Shown: positions 25,520 through 34,961, numbered from the stretch's first letter. The stretch is DNA of 41,144 bases from Promethearchaeia archaeon (GCA_029856295.1 JAHQWS010000137.1:1-41144), one strand, 5' to 3'. The notes: generated by a model not told the origin, from the sequence alone. Numbers and translations are program-made.

Positions 25520-25615
25520 ATAAGATATTTGGTGGTAACAGTTAAAAATAGCACATGAAAAGGTGAAAAGCGAATTAAAGTATTTATCTATTTTATATTA
25601 ATCATCGCATTTTTA

Positions 25616-25918
25616 ATGTTTTACCAGCAAAATCCGGTATTTGCGGTAATTATCGTAGGTTTGATTTTAGGGATTTACCTATTTTTTAAAGCACGAAAGT
25701 CCAGAGGGACCTCCGCTCCTGGCTCGTTTCTTAGTGGCTCCCGAAGCTCCCAGACTAACAATATGGATGATTTTCTGAAGGTTCTATTGCTTCAACAGTT
25801 TACCAATTCAGGATCACCCTCTTTCGTCCAGAATTCAACGACTCCCAAAAAAATAAGTAAGCGCCAGGAACAGATCGAAAAAACGCAAAAAGAAGTACTT
25901 GAACTATTAGAGAGTTAA
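25616..25918 (+). CDS. Small single-pass membrane protein (100 aa)
   Basis: N-terminal TM helix FAVIIVGLILGIYLFF followed by KARKSRG and a Ser-rich tail. Its TAA stop shares one base with the ATG of the next gene (TAATG). Confidence 0.55.
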   Translation: MFYQQNPVFAVIIVGLILGIYLFFKARKSRGTSAPGSFLSGSRSSQTNNMDDFLKVLLLQQFTNSGSPSFVQNSTTPKKISKRQEQIEKTQKEVLELLES

Positions 25919-26634
25919 TGGTCATGATACAAGGCACCATATATGATGTGTTCGTCCAAAGGCTATTTCGCAAGAACGTCATTTCAATTTCAGGTCCCGC
26001 AGGCACAGGAAAAACCACCCTTGCTCTGTCTTTAGTTGGCAATTTCTTGAGTTTAAACCCTTCCCTTAACGAAAGCGGTATATGGATTCAAGCCAGTGAA
26101 GCTTTCCCCAAAAACCGGTTAAAGACCATGTTTGTGAAACAGCCAGATATATTACAATATCTTAATGAGCATATCTTTATTATCCCCCCCAAAAAACCAT
26201 GCTCCAGCTATGAAGAACACCTCTCCATCTTAAAACAGATAAGCGCCAAAGAATTCATTCCCCCTCCTGACCTAAAGTTCATCGTAATAGATAATATTTC
26301 GCATCATCTACGCTATAAGATTTCTTTATTTCATGATGTAAAAGATACTGTGATGTGTCTAAATGATTTTTCTGATAATTACTTATTACCGCTCATCCTT
26401 TTGTGCAATAGAGAGAAGTTAATTCTTATTTTGATTCATGAAGCCACGTTTGACATCAACCGGGGCACAACCAGACCGTTTTTTTATAAATTGTATGACA
26501 GAATTGATGCGCTTAATATCAACTTACGCAAAAAAATCAACCAAAATATGTGTGAGATTAAGCTTGACAAGGATTTTATGACGTTTCAGTACCGCCTTGT
26601 CGATAGCGGAATTGTTTTGACAAAAAGTCTATAA
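25918..26634 (+). CDS. RecA-superfamily ATPase, RadB / Rad51-paralog-like
   Basis: Walker A is ISISGPAGTGKTTLALSL and Walker B is KFIVIDNISHHLR, followed by LILILIHEAT. The 238-aa size and motif spacing fit RadB/KaiC-like single-domain RecA proteins. Confidence 0.7.
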   Translation: MVMIQGTIYDVFVQRLFRKNVISISGPAGTGKTTLALSLVGNFLSLNPSLNESGIWIQASEAFPKNRLKTMFVKQPDILQYLNEHIFIIPPKKPCSSYEEHLSILKQISAKEFIPPPDLKFIVIDNISHHLRYKISLFHDVKDTVMCLNDFSDNYLLPLILLCNREKLILILIHEATFDINRGTTRPFFYKLYDRIDALNINLRKKINQNMCEIKLDKDFMTFQYRLVDSGIVLTKSL

Positions 26635-27049
26635 AAATATAAACAAACCAAACATACTTGTTCCAGTTCAGGAAGCTAAAAAAGTTAAATTGGAAAAAAT
26701 ATCGGAAAGTTAAAGGTTGGGTAAAAAGGATGATAAAGAAATTCCCGTGAAATTAGAAGATTTAGAATTTTTAATAGAATTTTTTGATTATCAGCAACTC
26801 ATTACTAAAGGTCATGAGTTTAATCTAAATAAAGTAGATTCAAAACAACAAGGATTAAATAATCCATTTACCTACTATTAAGTGAAATATGCCACAAGAC
26901 AACTGGAAGACTGAATTTTTATTTTTGGATTTATTGAGGATTTGAATTTTTTATCTTATTTTCTAAACCTTTTAAGATTTAACACTAACTAAATTACGCT
27001 GAAGAATTATATTAAGAAACATTTTAGTAAATATATTAAAATAGTTTGA

Positions 27050-28168
27050 TTAAGAACCATGTGAATATAATTCGAGCTTCATTGCATTAACTATGTCTGA
27101 TTCACTTATGAACCCGACAATTCTTTGTGTTTCATTGTCTTTCACGACGGCAACATGAGGTCGATGATCCATTTGATTGAATTTTCTCATAGCATCTTTT
27201 CCTGTTTCTTCTTCATATATTAAAGGGAATTCGGAAAGACTCTTCATGAAATAGCCAATTATGAATTCAGATCTTTGTTCAATCGGCACTCTTTTTATAT
27301 CATCTAAATGAACTATTCCTACAATATCATTTCCTCTTACAACTGGGAAATATGTCTGCGTAAAGACTATAAAATAATTCCTTATTGCATCATTAAGCAG
27401 CGTATCAAAAGGTATAGCAAATTCTGGCCAACCAGCTACATCTCTAACATTTATTTTTGACAATGTAACTTCATTTTTCGCTTGAACATACGACTTTCTT
27501 GCTGATTTATCTAAAAATGAACCCATAAATATTAGCCAAAATCCTCCAAATTGGCCAAATAGTATTTGTATAAAACCAAGAGCCATCATAGAATATCCAA
27601 CAATGCGTCCTAATTTACTCGCGGTCTTTGTTGCTGATAAAAGATTATTCCTTCTATTCCAAAGATAAGCTCTTAAAACTCTGCCACCATCCATAGGAAA
27701 TGCGGGAATAAGATTAAAAATACCTAATCCAATATTTGAAATTCCTGAATATAATAGTGTAACAAACAACCAAGGAGGTAAAATTAATGGATTAAAAAGC
27801 ATTACTGCTAGAAATATGGCTCCCAATATTAAAGAACTTAAAGGACCAACAATAGATATGATCATTTCGCTTTTTGGTGTTCTTGGTTCTTCTTCAATTT
27901 TAGAAACTCCCCCAAATAAATATAGTTCAATCTCAGAAACTTTAAGTCCATATTGCTGAGCTACTAATGAATGCGCTAATTCATGGATTAGAATCGAAAA
28001 TAAGATTATAACGCCATTTATAATACCTACTAATAAAATCTCGACTAATGAAGCCTCAGGTACTAAATCCAAGAAGAGAGTTACAGCATAAAAGCCTACC
28101 AAACCAACTATTATTAATGTTGAGAAATGTAATTTAATTTTAATACCTCTAACAGTTCCTATTTTCAT
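27050..28168 (-). CDS. Site-2 protease family (M50) zinc metalloprotease with a C-terminal CBS pair
   Basis: HELAHSLVA in a TM helix, a second motif NLIPAFPMDGGRVL, about 6 TM helices, then two CBS-like modules (..FPVVRGNDIVGIVHLDDI.. and ..HVAVVKDNETQRIVGFISESDIV..). Confidence 0.9.
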   Translation of the reverse strand: MKIGTVRGIKIKLHFSTLIIVGLVGFYAVTLFLDLVPEASLVEILLVGIINGVIILFSILIHELAHSLVAQQYGLKVSEIELYLFGGVSKIEEEPRTPKSEMIISIVGPLSSLILGAIFLAVMLFNPLILPPWLFVTLLYSGISNIGLGIFNLIPAFPMDGGRVLRAYLWNRRNNLLSATKTASKLGRIVGYSMMALGFIQILFGQFGGFWLIFMGSFLDKSARKSYVQAKNEVTLSKINVRDVAGWPEFAIPFDTLLNDAIRNYFIVFTQTYFPVVRGNDIVGIVHLDDIKRVPIEQRSEFIIGYFMKSLSEFPLIYEEETGKDAMRKFNQMDHRPHVAVVKDNETQRIVGFISESDIVNAMKLELYSHGS

Positions 28169-28583
28169 TATTTTATCATATCTTGTTTTTATTTGAATTT
28201 ATGTAAATTTGAATTTTTGTAAAATTATTAATCGCCAAAATCAATTTTCTTCTTCGATTTTTTTTCTTTTTTTTCTTTGCATTGGGAATTACTTTTCTTG
28301 GAGATTTGGAATGAGATTTTGGTTTATTTTTCATTATTAAGGATTTTATGCTAATTCGAAAATAAAATAAAAATAGTCTTAAATGAAGAGGATTTTAGAA
28401 AAGAACAAAAATCTACAGTATTGAAATATGAAAAAAAGACTACTTTTCTTAGAGTTATATAAATCTTTATCTAACTTTTACAGGAAATGAAGCAGAATAA
28501 GTAAGATTTTATTAGAGAGTCTAAGTTATTCTGGAAAACAAAATAATTCTGCTTACGAAATCTATTGAGTAATTAAAATTTTC

Positions 28584-28600
28584 ATTTTTTCTTTTAATAC
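28584..28600 (+). promoter_or_regulatory. T-run + TATA-like promoter box for fen
   Basis: ATTTTTTCTTTTAATAC, ~25-40 nt upstream of the ATG at 28623. Confidence 0.45.
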
Positions 28601-28622
28601 TCCCAAGTGCATTATATAAAAT

Positions 28623-29717
28623 ATGGGAGTAAAATTACAAGATCTCGTACGAAGAGATCCTATTAATATATCAGAGTTAGAAGGAAAAATTATAGCCGTG
28701 GATGCCCCAAACATCATTTTTTCCCTGTTTAATTTTTCCTATAAGAATCAGCGCTTTGATCTTTCCAGTCTCATGACCGATAGAACCCAGAGAGCAATAT
28801 CGCATCTCTACGGGCTATTGTTCAGGATAAATTTTTATTACAGCAAAAAAATGTTTCCCGTCCTTTGCTTTGATGGGCGAGATTCTGAGTTAAAGCGCAT
28901 GGTTACCAAGGACCAACTTGCCGATTTTCGAGTGGTTAGACTATGGTATCAAGATACGATTGACAACAACAACACTGAGTTAGCACGAAAAATTGCGTTA
29001 GGAAAAGAGTTTTTATGGCCCAATATTATTGCCGAATCAAAACGCCTTCTTAATGCGTTAGGGGTTCCTTACCTTGAATCACCCGCTTCAGCAGAATCAC
29101 AATGTGCCTATTTGGTAAAGATCGGGATCGCTCATTATGTGGTTTCCCAAGACTTCGATTCGCTGTTATTTGGCTGTCCGACTCTCATACAAAACCTTTC
29201 CAAATCTCTGAAAAGAAAGGTACAAGGCAAATGGGTGTATAATAAGGTGTCCACTTTAAAAGTTGATTTAGAGGCTAATTTGAAAAGACTCAAGCTCGAT
29301 CCTTTTCAATTAGTTGATGTGGCTATGTTACTCGGCACTGATTATAATCCTGGAGTCAAACATATTGGTCCCAAAACTGCGTTAGAACTTATCAAAAAAT
29401 ATCGCAACCTTGAAAGTATCATCGTTAACCAAAAAAATCGGTATGAATTTACCCATTTCTCTCCTGAAATTATTCAGAAGATTCGCAAGATTTTTCTAAT
29501 GCCTGATGTATTGAAAATATTGCCTGATCTTTATTGGGATCCTCCTAACAAGGCAAAAATAACAGCGCTGATGTGTAAAGATCACACTCTCAATCCAGAG
29601 CGAGTGGAAAAAAACATTAAAAATGTCATCAAGAGTTATATTGCCTGTAAAGACTATTTTCATGAACTAAGATCTGGACCAAAGGTTATCCAAAAAACGC
29701 TTGATATGAGTTTTTAA
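28623..29717 (+). CDS. fen: Flap endonuclease 1 (FEN1)
   Basis: MGVKLQDLV..LEGKIIAVDAPNIIFSLF is the N domain. ESPASAESQCAYL..VVSQDFDSLLFG is the I domain with acidic residues. LLGTDYNPGVKHIGPKTALELIKKY is the H3TH motif. The C-terminal QKTLDMSF is a PIP-box-like Q..L..SF. Confidence 0.9.
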   Translation: MGVKLQDLVRRDPINISELEGKIIAVDAPNIIFSLFNFSYKNQRFDLSSLMTDRTQRAISHLYGLLFRINFYYSKKMFPVLCFDGRDSELKRMVTKDQLADFRVVRLWYQDTIDNNNTELARKIALGKEFLWPNIIAESKRLLNALGVPYLESPASAESQCAYLVKIGIAHYVVSQDFDSLLFGCPTLIQNLSKSLKRKVQGKWVYNKVSTLKVDLEANLKRLKLDPFQLVDVAMLLGTDYNPGVKHIGPKTALELIKKYRNLESIIVNQKNRYEFTHFSPEIIQKIRKIFLMPDVLKILPDLYWDPPNKAKITALMCKDHTLNPERVEKNIKNVIKSYIACKDYFHELRSGPKVIQKTLDMSF

Positions 29718-30215
29718 ACAGAGAAAAATAGAATTTATATTTATTCTTAGAACAGGTCGATGCTTTGTTAGATTTTGACAATAATTCCGAAGATCTCTTA
29801 TTGAAAAAACAGTAACTTAAAATTGCATGATATAGCAATATATGATGGATATGCATATCTTGGATTAAGTATGGCAATAGGAGGCATGTTTTGTATAGCA
29901 GATGATAAAAATATTAACAAGCTTCCTAAGAGATTAAAAAAACATGGAAAAAATTTAAGTCAAATTGAAGAAGTTTTCAACTAATCTTCAAGGAAAAGAT
30001 TTTATTTTTTCTTGCTCTTCCCATTCATAAAATTAATTAAGTATCTGGTACTAATATGTTCTTCTCCTATAACATTTTCCAAATAATTCTATTTTGAGTC
30101 GTTTTTTTAGATTTTGATTAAGATACATTTAAAAATAAGCCGCTGCCTACAATGCAAATGTAAATTTTAATACTATAGCCCCAAACTTTTAATATTTTTG
30201 AATATATTGATTATT

Positions 30216-30662
30216 ATGAGTTTTGGTGATCGAGGTCGAGGCGGAGGAGGTAGAGGTCGGGGTAAAGGGCGGGGTTTGGGCCCCTCAGGTTTTTGTCAAT
30301 GCCCTAAATGCGGTAGAAAAGAGTCACATCGTCCTGGCGTTCCATGTAATCAAACAATATGCCCTGCATGTAATATTCCAATGATGAGACAAGCAATAAA
30401 TCAAAATTTTTCAAGAATTATGCAGAACTCTATACAAAATCCCAGCGTAAATCAACTAACTTCATCATATATGCAAAATAATATACAACAGATATCCCCT
30501 CCTATAGTAGATACGAATAAATGTAATGGTTGTTCTGAATGTGTTAATCAATGTCCAAATGGTGCAATCAGTATAATAAACGATAAGGCTGTAATCAATT
30601 ATATAAAATGCAGAAATTGTAGAATTTGTGAAAATATTTGTCCAGTTAATGCAATCGGTTAA
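30216..30662 (+). CDS. 2x[4Fe-4S] ferredoxin-domain protein with an N-terminal RGG-rich segment and Cys4 ribbon
   Basis: GDRGRGGGGRGRGKGRG, then CQCPKCG..CNQTICPAC, then CNGCSECVNQCP and CRNCRICENICP (two CxxCxxCxxxCP clusters). First ATG at 30216. The ORF track uses TTG at 30198. Confidence 0.8.
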   Translation: MSFGDRGRGGGGRGRGKGRGLGPSGFCQCPKCGRKESHRPGVPCNQTICPACNIPMMRQAINQNFSRIMQNSIQNPSVNQLTSSYMQNNIQQISPPIVDTNKCNGCSECVNQCPNGAISIINDKAVINYIKCRNCRICENICPVNAIG

Positions 30663-30941
30663 TTAAATTAATGAAGATTTTTAGTAAGCTTGAAAAAATA
30701 CCATAACGAGCTTAGAGTTAATAATCTTATTTCAGAAATGCAACTTGAAGAAATTGGAATACATAGAGAATGTGTCGTGCGGAGAGCAAAGTCTCAGAAC
30801 AAAAATACCTTTTATAGATGATTTAGGAGATCTAACTACGAAAGAAAAGCTTTATGTAGATTTAGCAGCATTTTTATATGACGCTTGGCTCACATTTCTG
30901 TAATTTTGAAAGATTGTAGTAGTAATTTTTTGTCAATTTCT

Positions 30942-30960
30942 ATTTTTCCTTTATATATTC
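30942..30960 (+). promoter_or_regulatory. T-run + TATA-like promoter box for the mglB-mglA operon
   Basis: ATTTTTCCTTTATATATTC, ~50-65 nt upstream of the ATG at 31009. Confidence 0.5.
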
Positions 30961-31008
30961 TCATTTTAGATAGTGTCTAATATAATTATAACGGAGATAT
31001 TAAAGAAC

Positions 31009-31560
31009 ATGACAATAAATACCGTTCCAAAAATGTTATATCAAAACAAGATAGCTGAGATTTTAGATGAGGTAAGAGATAACTACGGCAAGCTCACACG
31101 CAAAGGATATATTTACGGGCTCATTGCAATCGACCAAGATGCCAAAATCATCGCTATTGACTCTCGATTTGACCGCCAGTTAAATTATTGGGATTTAAGT
31201 TCGATTGGCGCCGCTCTGTATGGAGTCTCCAGACAAGGACAGGATTTTTTTGACGCAGAATACCTCGATCGAGCCTCTATCATTTATAATAACCTACAGT
31301 TATTTGTAAGATCAATAGGGCACGTAAATGTCCATAAGAAAGGGAAGAGAGAGATCCTTATCGTGCTTTTAGCAGACAAAGACGTAAATATCGGAGTTAT
31401 CATTCTTCAAATGAGCAGGTTTGGCATGAAAATTAAGAGTGAAATAGAAAAAAGCGGGACTATAAAAAATACCTTGAAGATGTCTGAAAAGGAGCTTAAA
31501 GAACATATTAAAAAGCTCAAGAAAGAGATTTTTTCCCAAAAAATTAGCGAAACTTCTTAA
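31009..31560 (+). CDS. mglB: Roadblock/LC7 (MglB-like) domain protein with a C-terminal coiled-coil extension
   Basis: KIAEILDEVRDNYG...GLIAIDQDAKIIAIDSRFD...DLSSIGAALYGVSRQG follows the Roadblock/LC7 pattern. It lies directly upstream of an MglA-like GTPase. Start set at ATG 31009 because the TATA-like box at 30942-30960 is too close to the GTG at 30973. Confidence 0.75.
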   Translation: MTINTVPKMLYQNKIAEILDEVRDNYGKLTRKGYIYGLIAIDQDAKIIAIDSRFDRQLNYWDLSSIGAALYGVSRQGQDFFDAEYLDRASIIYNNLQLFVRSIGHVNVHKKGKREILIVLLADKDVNIGVIILQMSRFGMKIKSEIEKSGTIKNTLKMSEKELKEHIKKLKKEIFSQKISETS

Positions 31561-31580
31561 ACAAAAAGAGGTAATAGAAC

Positions 31581-32222
31581 ATGAAAAATACAGAAGTCCT
31601 TCTAAACGACCATGGAGAGGCAATGCTTAGCAATCACAACGATGGGATAATACAGTTTAAGATCGTATATTGGGGCCCCGGGGAATCGGGTAAGACCACT
31701 AATTTTTTACGATTAAAAGAGAAGTTTCACTTTACGAAGCTCACTGAGGGCTATTCCATCGAGACTTCCGAGGGTCGAACGCTGTGGCAAGACTCGTTGT
31801 TTCTCTCGTTTAAATTTAATATCAACGAGAAAAAATATAATATCATCACTCAAATCGTCACCTGTACCGGGCAAGAGAGATTCTTATCTACCAGGGAATA
31901 TGTGTTGGACGGCGCAGACGGCATTATTTTCATAGCCGACTCCCATAAGGATATGAGAGAACAAAACAAGCGTAGTTTTCGAGAATTAATCAATTTTACT
32001 CAGCATAAAGAGATTCCCTATATCGTACAATTAAATAAGAGAGATATCGAAGATGCCGTTACTATAGAAGATTTTAAGAAATTACTGGGGCTTCCTAAAG
32101 ATGAGACCTATCCCGATGGAACCTATGTGGTATATCCGGCAGTGGCCTTAAACGGAGAGAATGTAGTTGATTGTTTTCAAGATTTAATCGTCCAAGTTGT
32201 TTTTGATTATTTTAGCCTTTAA
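31581..32222 (+). CDS. mglA: MglA-like small Ras-superfamily GTPase
   Basis: G1 is KIVYWGPGESGKTT. The G2-region is SEGRTLWQDSL. G3 is TCTGQERF (T..GQ as in MglA rather than D..GQ). Then DGIIFIADS. G4 is IPYIVQLNKRD. The G5-like region is YPAVAL. It aligns along its length to Myxococcus MglA as I recall it. AGAGGTAA lies upstream of the ATG. Confidence 0.85.
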   Translation: MKNTEVLLNDHGEAMLSNHNDGIIQFKIVYWGPGESGKTTNFLRLKEKFHFTKLTEGYSIETSEGRTLWQDSLFLSFKFNINEKKYNIITQIVTCTGQERFLSTREYVLDGADGIIFIADSHKDMREQNKRSFRELINFTQHKEIPYIVQLNKRDIEDAVTIEDFKKLLGLPKDETYPDGTYVVYPAVALNGENVVDCFQDLIVQVVFDYFSL

Positions 32223-32234
32223 CCTATAAGAGAG

Positions 32235-33428
32235 GTGAGAAGAATAGACACAGGCGTTGATTTCATCCAACCGGAATTTCTCAACATTTTATTTTTTCAG
32301 CAAAAGAACTTAGTGGTATTTCCCTATGTTGATTTAAAACATTTGCACGGTCTGGAGACCTTTACCGTAGGATACAATGTTATTGACTTAGAATCTACTG
32401 CCCTGTATAATATAAAAGAAATCATTGAGTTTGAGGCGAATAATTGCTATTCTCAAAATAAAACCCTTTTTTTTATTTATAGTTTGGACAAAACAAAGGT
32501 ACAAGATATTATGGGCATTGAGGGGATTCGATGTGTGCTAAATACCAATGATGATGTGAAAACGCTTGCCAACGGGAACAAGGATTTTGTGTTTTATAAT
32601 AAGAAAAACAACACATTCTTAAACTATCATATACATTCAGACGGTTTAAAGTTTGAGCGTCATTTAATTACTACTTCTCAAAACGAAACAATATTATATG
32701 AAAAAATCCAGAAAATTAAAATTATTGCTACGAAAATTTTTACGGAAATCAATAACTATCCTGACTCGTATGAATCGAGCATACCTAAGATTCTTGAAGA
32801 ATATGACTCCTCATACTGGGAAAAAATCTTAGATTTTACACGCTCCTATTTTCAGATCGAGATCCCTGTTAAAAATTTAGCACGTAGCAACCCCGTTATA
32901 AAAAAAGACTCAAACTCCGTTTCAAATGAGCAACAAGCAGACATTTTAAGAGAGTTTAACTTTATCAAGTCATTAAACATACATATTGCTAACGAGTTTA
33001 TAAAACTGCTGCATGTATATCGAAGCGAAAAAGTAAATCCCAGCAATTTAGATTTAGAACAATTATACCACCCTCAAAGGCTGTATGTATACTTACGTAC
33101 TCATCACTGGAAGGATCAGATTGATCCTCATTTTTTTTCCCAATTAAGCCAAATGAAACTTACCGGGTATGTGCTCACTGAGCAAGATAGAGAGGATCTT
33201 GGGCAATTATACAGGAAGTTTGGGGTGAAAATGAATCCTGCTCACGCTAATTCGGGTGTAAAAGCCCATTCAAATCCTGTCCTTCACGCCACCCTTTCAG
33301 TTATGGCCCCCTCTCAGCAAAAGAGCAATAATTCTATCCCTAAAGCCAAAGACTTTGATAAGTATAAAGCTTTTGTGTTTAAACGATTACAAGAGATTGA
33401 AGCAATACTTGCCAAAAAATTCCCATGA
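32235..33428 (+). CDS. Hypothetical protein (397 aa), third gene of the mglB-mglA operon
   Basis: ORF begins 13 nt after the mglA stop. The annotated GTG lies inside an SD-like AGAGGTGAG, so the true start is uncertain. No motif recognised. Confidence 0.6.
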   Translation: MRRIDTGVDFIQPEFLNILFFQQKNLVVFPYVDLKHLHGLETFTVGYNVIDLESTALYNIKEIIEFEANNCYSQNKTLFFIYSLDKTKVQDIMGIEGIRCVLNTNDDVKTLANGNKDFVFYNKKNNTFLNYHIHSDGLKFERHLITTSQNETILYEKIQKIKIIATKIFTEINNYPDSYESSIPKILEEYDSSYWEKILDFTRSYFQIEIPVKNLARSNPVIKKDSNSVSNEQQADILREFNFIKSLNIHIANEFIKLLHVYRSEKVNPSNLDLEQLYHPQRLYVYLRTHHWKDQIDPHFFSQLSQMKLTGYVLTEQDREDLGQLYRKFGVKMNPAHANSGVKAHSNPVLHATLSVMAPSQQKSNNSIPKAKDFDKYKAFVFKRLQEIEAILAKKFP

Positions 33429-33647
33429 AGTTAGATTTTTTGATATAATCGTATCATTTTTTACAGAGTTTTTTCCAATCCAATTCCTTTCTTTAGGAAA
33501 TATAGCGTACTTTTTTGATTTAATACTTCAAAGTCAGAAAACTTTGCATAATTGTTATGATTATGAATGATACCTTGCCAGATTATCATGCAAAACTAAT
33601 TGCCTAATTAAAAATATTATTTGAATCAATTTTATTTTGATTATCAT

Positions 33648-33664
33648 ATTTTTTATTTAAATAC
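33648..33664 (+). promoter_or_regulatory. T-run + TATA-like promoter box for radA
   Basis: ATTTTTTATTTAAATAC, ~55-70 nt upstream of the ATG at 33720. Confidence 0.5.
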
Positions 33665-33719
33665 TCAGAACAGAAAGATCATTCAATTAAAAATATGGAG
33701 GTAAGAAAAAAGAAAAACG

Positions 33720-34961
33720 ATGTCAGATTTAAGCCAAATTAAAGGAATTAATGCCAGACAAATAAAACTCCTTCAGGAAAATGGCGTAAGTACTGCTGAA
33801 GCTTTGGCGATGTCTCCTCTTAATATCGTTTCAGATATTGACGGATTAGGCGATAAAACTGCAAAGAAGCTCATTTGGAACGCAAGAAATGCGTTAGGGA
33901 TGACTGAATTTATATCTGCCTCAGAGATTGACGAGAATATCGAATATTTTACCACAGGGTCATCAGAACTTAATAAAATATTAGGAGGCGGGTTTCAAAC
34001 TGGCAAATTGACCGAAGTTTATGGACCCTTTAAATCAGGAAAAACCAATTTAGCCCATACCATTGCAGTTACCATTCAATTACCTAAAGAAAGTGGCGGT
34101 CTTGACTGTGCTGCCGCGTACATTGATACCGAGAATACATTTTCTAAGGATAAGATCAAGCGTATTGCCAACCGATTCGGACTAGATGAGGAACAAGTGC
34201 TTTCTAAAATATATCATGCCAGGATTTATAGTTCTGATCATCAATCTCAAATGATCATGAAAGCAGAGACGCTGTGTAAGACTAGAAATGTGAGATTAAT
34301 TGTTTTAGATAGCTTAATGGCCCTTTTGCGCGTTGAATATGTTGGCATAGGCTCACTTGCTAAAAGGCAAGGAGTGCTGAACAATATGATTCATGGTATG
34401 TCAAGAATAGCAGAAACATATAATTGTGCCGTATTGCTCACAAATCAAGTTGCAACTAAAATGGCGGGAATGTTTTCCGCCAATGATGCTATTGGAGGTA
34501 ATATAGTAGCACATGGCTGTCACTTTCGAGTAATGTTTAAGACCAAAGGATTTTCCTCGAACAATTCGCTGAAGCGAAGAGCCGTTATTGTGGATGCTCC
34601 TGATCTGCCCCCTGAAGAGTGCGAGTTTTACATTACAAGTGCCGGAATCGCTGACACGGATAAAGTTGAGCTTCCCGAATCACAGGAGTCGGATTTGGAG
34701 TTTGAAATAGAGTCCTTATACGAAGAAAGTAAGGTGAGCAGTGAAGCTGTCGCTAATTCCGCCGATTCATCCGACGTCCCCCTCACTAACGTAAAGGGCA
34801 TTGGAAAAGGAACTGCCGAGTCATTGAAAATGAACGGAATTACCAGCATAGATGATTTGCTTTCAGCAGAGCCAGACGGACTTTCAGCTAAGATAAGCGG
34901 CGTATCTTCTACTATGGTAGGCGAGTGGCAGAGATCGGCCAAAGTGCTAATTAGTCCCTAA
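33720..34961 (+). CDS. radA: RadA recombinase with an extra C-terminal acidic linker and second HhH2 domain
   Basis: N-terminal HhH (LSQIKGINARQ..DIDGLGDKTAKK), Walker A (YGPFKSGKTNLAHT), AAYIDTENTF, Walker B (LIVLDSLMALLR), LLTNQV, and GGNIVAHGCHFRV. The canonical core ends near ITSAGIAD (aa ~312). Residues 353-410 (LTNVKGIGKGTAESLKMNGITSIDDLLSAEPDGLSAKISGVS..) form a second HhH2. Confidence 0.92.
   Translation: MSDLSQIKGINARQIKLLQENGVSTAEALAMSPLNIVSDIDGLGDKTAKKLIWNARNALGMTEFISASEIDENIEYFTTGSSELNKILGGGFQTGKLTEVYGPFKSGKTNLAHTIAVTIQLPKESGGLDCAAAYIDTENTFSKDKIKRIANRFGLDEEQVLSKIYHARIYSSDHQSQMIMKAETLCKTRNVRLIVLDSLMALLRVEYVGIGSLAKRQGVLNNMIHGMSRIAETYNCAVLLTNQVATKMAGMFSANDAIGGNIVAHGCHFRVMFKTKGFSSNNSLKRRAVIVDAPDLPPEECEFYITSAGIADTDKVELPESQESDLEFEIESLYEESKVSSEAVANSADSSDVPLTNVKGIGKGTAESLKMNGITSIDDLLSAEPDGLSAKISGVSSTMVGEWQRSAKVLISP

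Noticed and set aside
26650-26895. Short ORF fragments in the 415-nt gap between the RadB-like gene and the protease gene
   Set aside because: They are interrupted by stops in every frame beyond ~55 codons. There is only a vague resemblance to the 3426 small ORF. I mention it under findings but do not annotate it.
28176-28334. 52-aa very basic minus-strand ORF (MKNKPKSHSKSPRKVIPNAKKKKKKNRRRK..) just upstream of the site-2 protease gene
   Set aside because: Its Lys runs are translations of two A8 tracts in an intergenic region. It is short and has no supporting signal. Most likely it is non-coding leader or promoter DNA.
29686-29877. 63-aa minus-strand ORF overlapping the fen stop, plus a possible ~53-aa plus-strand ORF at about 29823-29984
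   Set aside because: No motif, no promoter box, and composition typical of AT-rich intergenic sequence. Too weak to call.
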